Positions 33,087 through 33,575 of a DNA stretch of 33,575 bases are shown here, piece by piece. Source of the DNA: an uncultured bacterium (GTDB lineage Bacteria > Patescibacteriota > Minisyncoccia > Phycocordibacterales > UBA5272); the NCBI GenBank assembly GCA_903834855.1, contig CAILKS010000071.1:1-33575 (forward strand). The letters run 5' to 3'. Below the pieces are notes generated by a model. It was given only the letters and a program-made list of their open reading frames with translations, was not told the origin of the DNA and ran no database searches. The position numbers and the translations under genes are program-made. Positions within the stretch are counted from its first letter, which is position 1. Each line of letters starts with the position of its first letter.

Positions 33087-33575
33087 TTATTGATTTAACT
33101 TTGTTCCTACTTCATAACGAGTAGCGTCATCTCCTCCATCCTTAGCACTTTTATCATCTGTTCCACTTGGGCCGTATGCTTGACTTTCAAGTTTAGCGCT
33201 GACTTCAAATGTATTATTAGTTGATTCACATTTATACCAGTAATCACTAGTTGTAAGTGTATTAGTTGGATCTATAGGTAGATTAGAAATCGGTGAACCA
33301 CCAGTTAGTGTCGTAAAGTTGATTGGAATCCAAGCAGTACCATCCACCGCTGTCTTAGAAATCGTTGTAGTAGCACTTGTACTTGTAGCTGTCCAACATG
33401 TAAGTGATGGTGCTGCTGTGGTGGTCAAATAAATACCAATAGCTGTCTTAAGTGTATTTAAATCAGCAATACGTTGTGAGTCACGAGACTTCTTAAGTAT
33501 TTCTGCTGGATTCAAGACAAGAACAAGAGCTACTGAGAGAATTGCAATAACTGAAATAACAATTAATAGTTCCAA
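33087..33575 (-). CDS. type IV pilin (likely the major subunit), with the 5' end outside the window
   Basis: The sequence begins inside the N-terminal hydrophobic helix ...LELLIVISVIAILSVALVLVLNPAEILKKSRDSQRIADLNTLKTAIGIY. The apparent M at 33575 is an internal Leu codon (TTG). The gene is followed by a strong terminator. Confidence 0.8.
   Translation of the reverse strand: MELLIVISVIAILSVALVLVLNPAEILKKSRDSQRIADLNTLKTAIGIYLTTTAAPSLTCWTATSTSATTTISKTAVDGTAWIPINFTTLTGGSPISNLPIDPTNTLTTSDYWYKCESTNNTFEVSAKLESQAYGPSGTDDKSAKDGGDDATRYEVGTKLNQ

Overview
This is an AT-rich window in which every credible gene lies on the minus strand. Three traits suggest a small-genome, CPR/Patescibacteria-like bacterium, which is an inference: domain-trimmed aminoacyl-tRNA synthetases, almost no Shine-Dalgarno sequences, and a secretin-less type IV pilus locus. 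From 1 to 21.6 kb the content is housekeeping. It comprises a partial secreted protein, aspS, trpS, an orphan gene, grpE-dnaK-dnaJ, and infA-rpmJ-rpsM-rpsK-rpsD-rpoA-rplQ-rplM-rpsI. It also holds two hypothetical envelope genes, alaS, a sigma-factor module (sigma, membrane protein, secreted protein), ychF and engB. From 21.6 to 33.6 kb there is a type IV pilus-like locus: a major pilin (partial), pilB, a stand-alone Avd/IVS-type four-helix-bundle gene, pilC, four minor-pilin-like genes and four non-pilin envelope or secreted genes. The non-coding DNA is the unusual part. It contains (i) a T-box-like switch in front of aspS and (ii) two tandem paralogous small-RNA units, each with a near-consensus promoter and an intrinsic terminator. 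It also contains (iii) a ~125-nt element found after alaS and ychF whose outer stem pairs with the last codons and stop codon of the gene, with covarying arms. In addition, (iv) a promoter/leader cassette is repeated in front of nearly every pilus transcription unit and is read in frame as a long Cys-rich prepilin leader, and (v) there are long TTGACA/TGTCAA palindromes with a small covarying GC hairpin. Finally, (vi) many -10 boxes sit 5-7 nt from an ATG (leaderless geometry), and (vii) several families of 7-9-nt low-complexity word repeats fill the intergenic regions. No tRNA, rRNA, CRISPR array, transposase or reverse transcriptase was seen.
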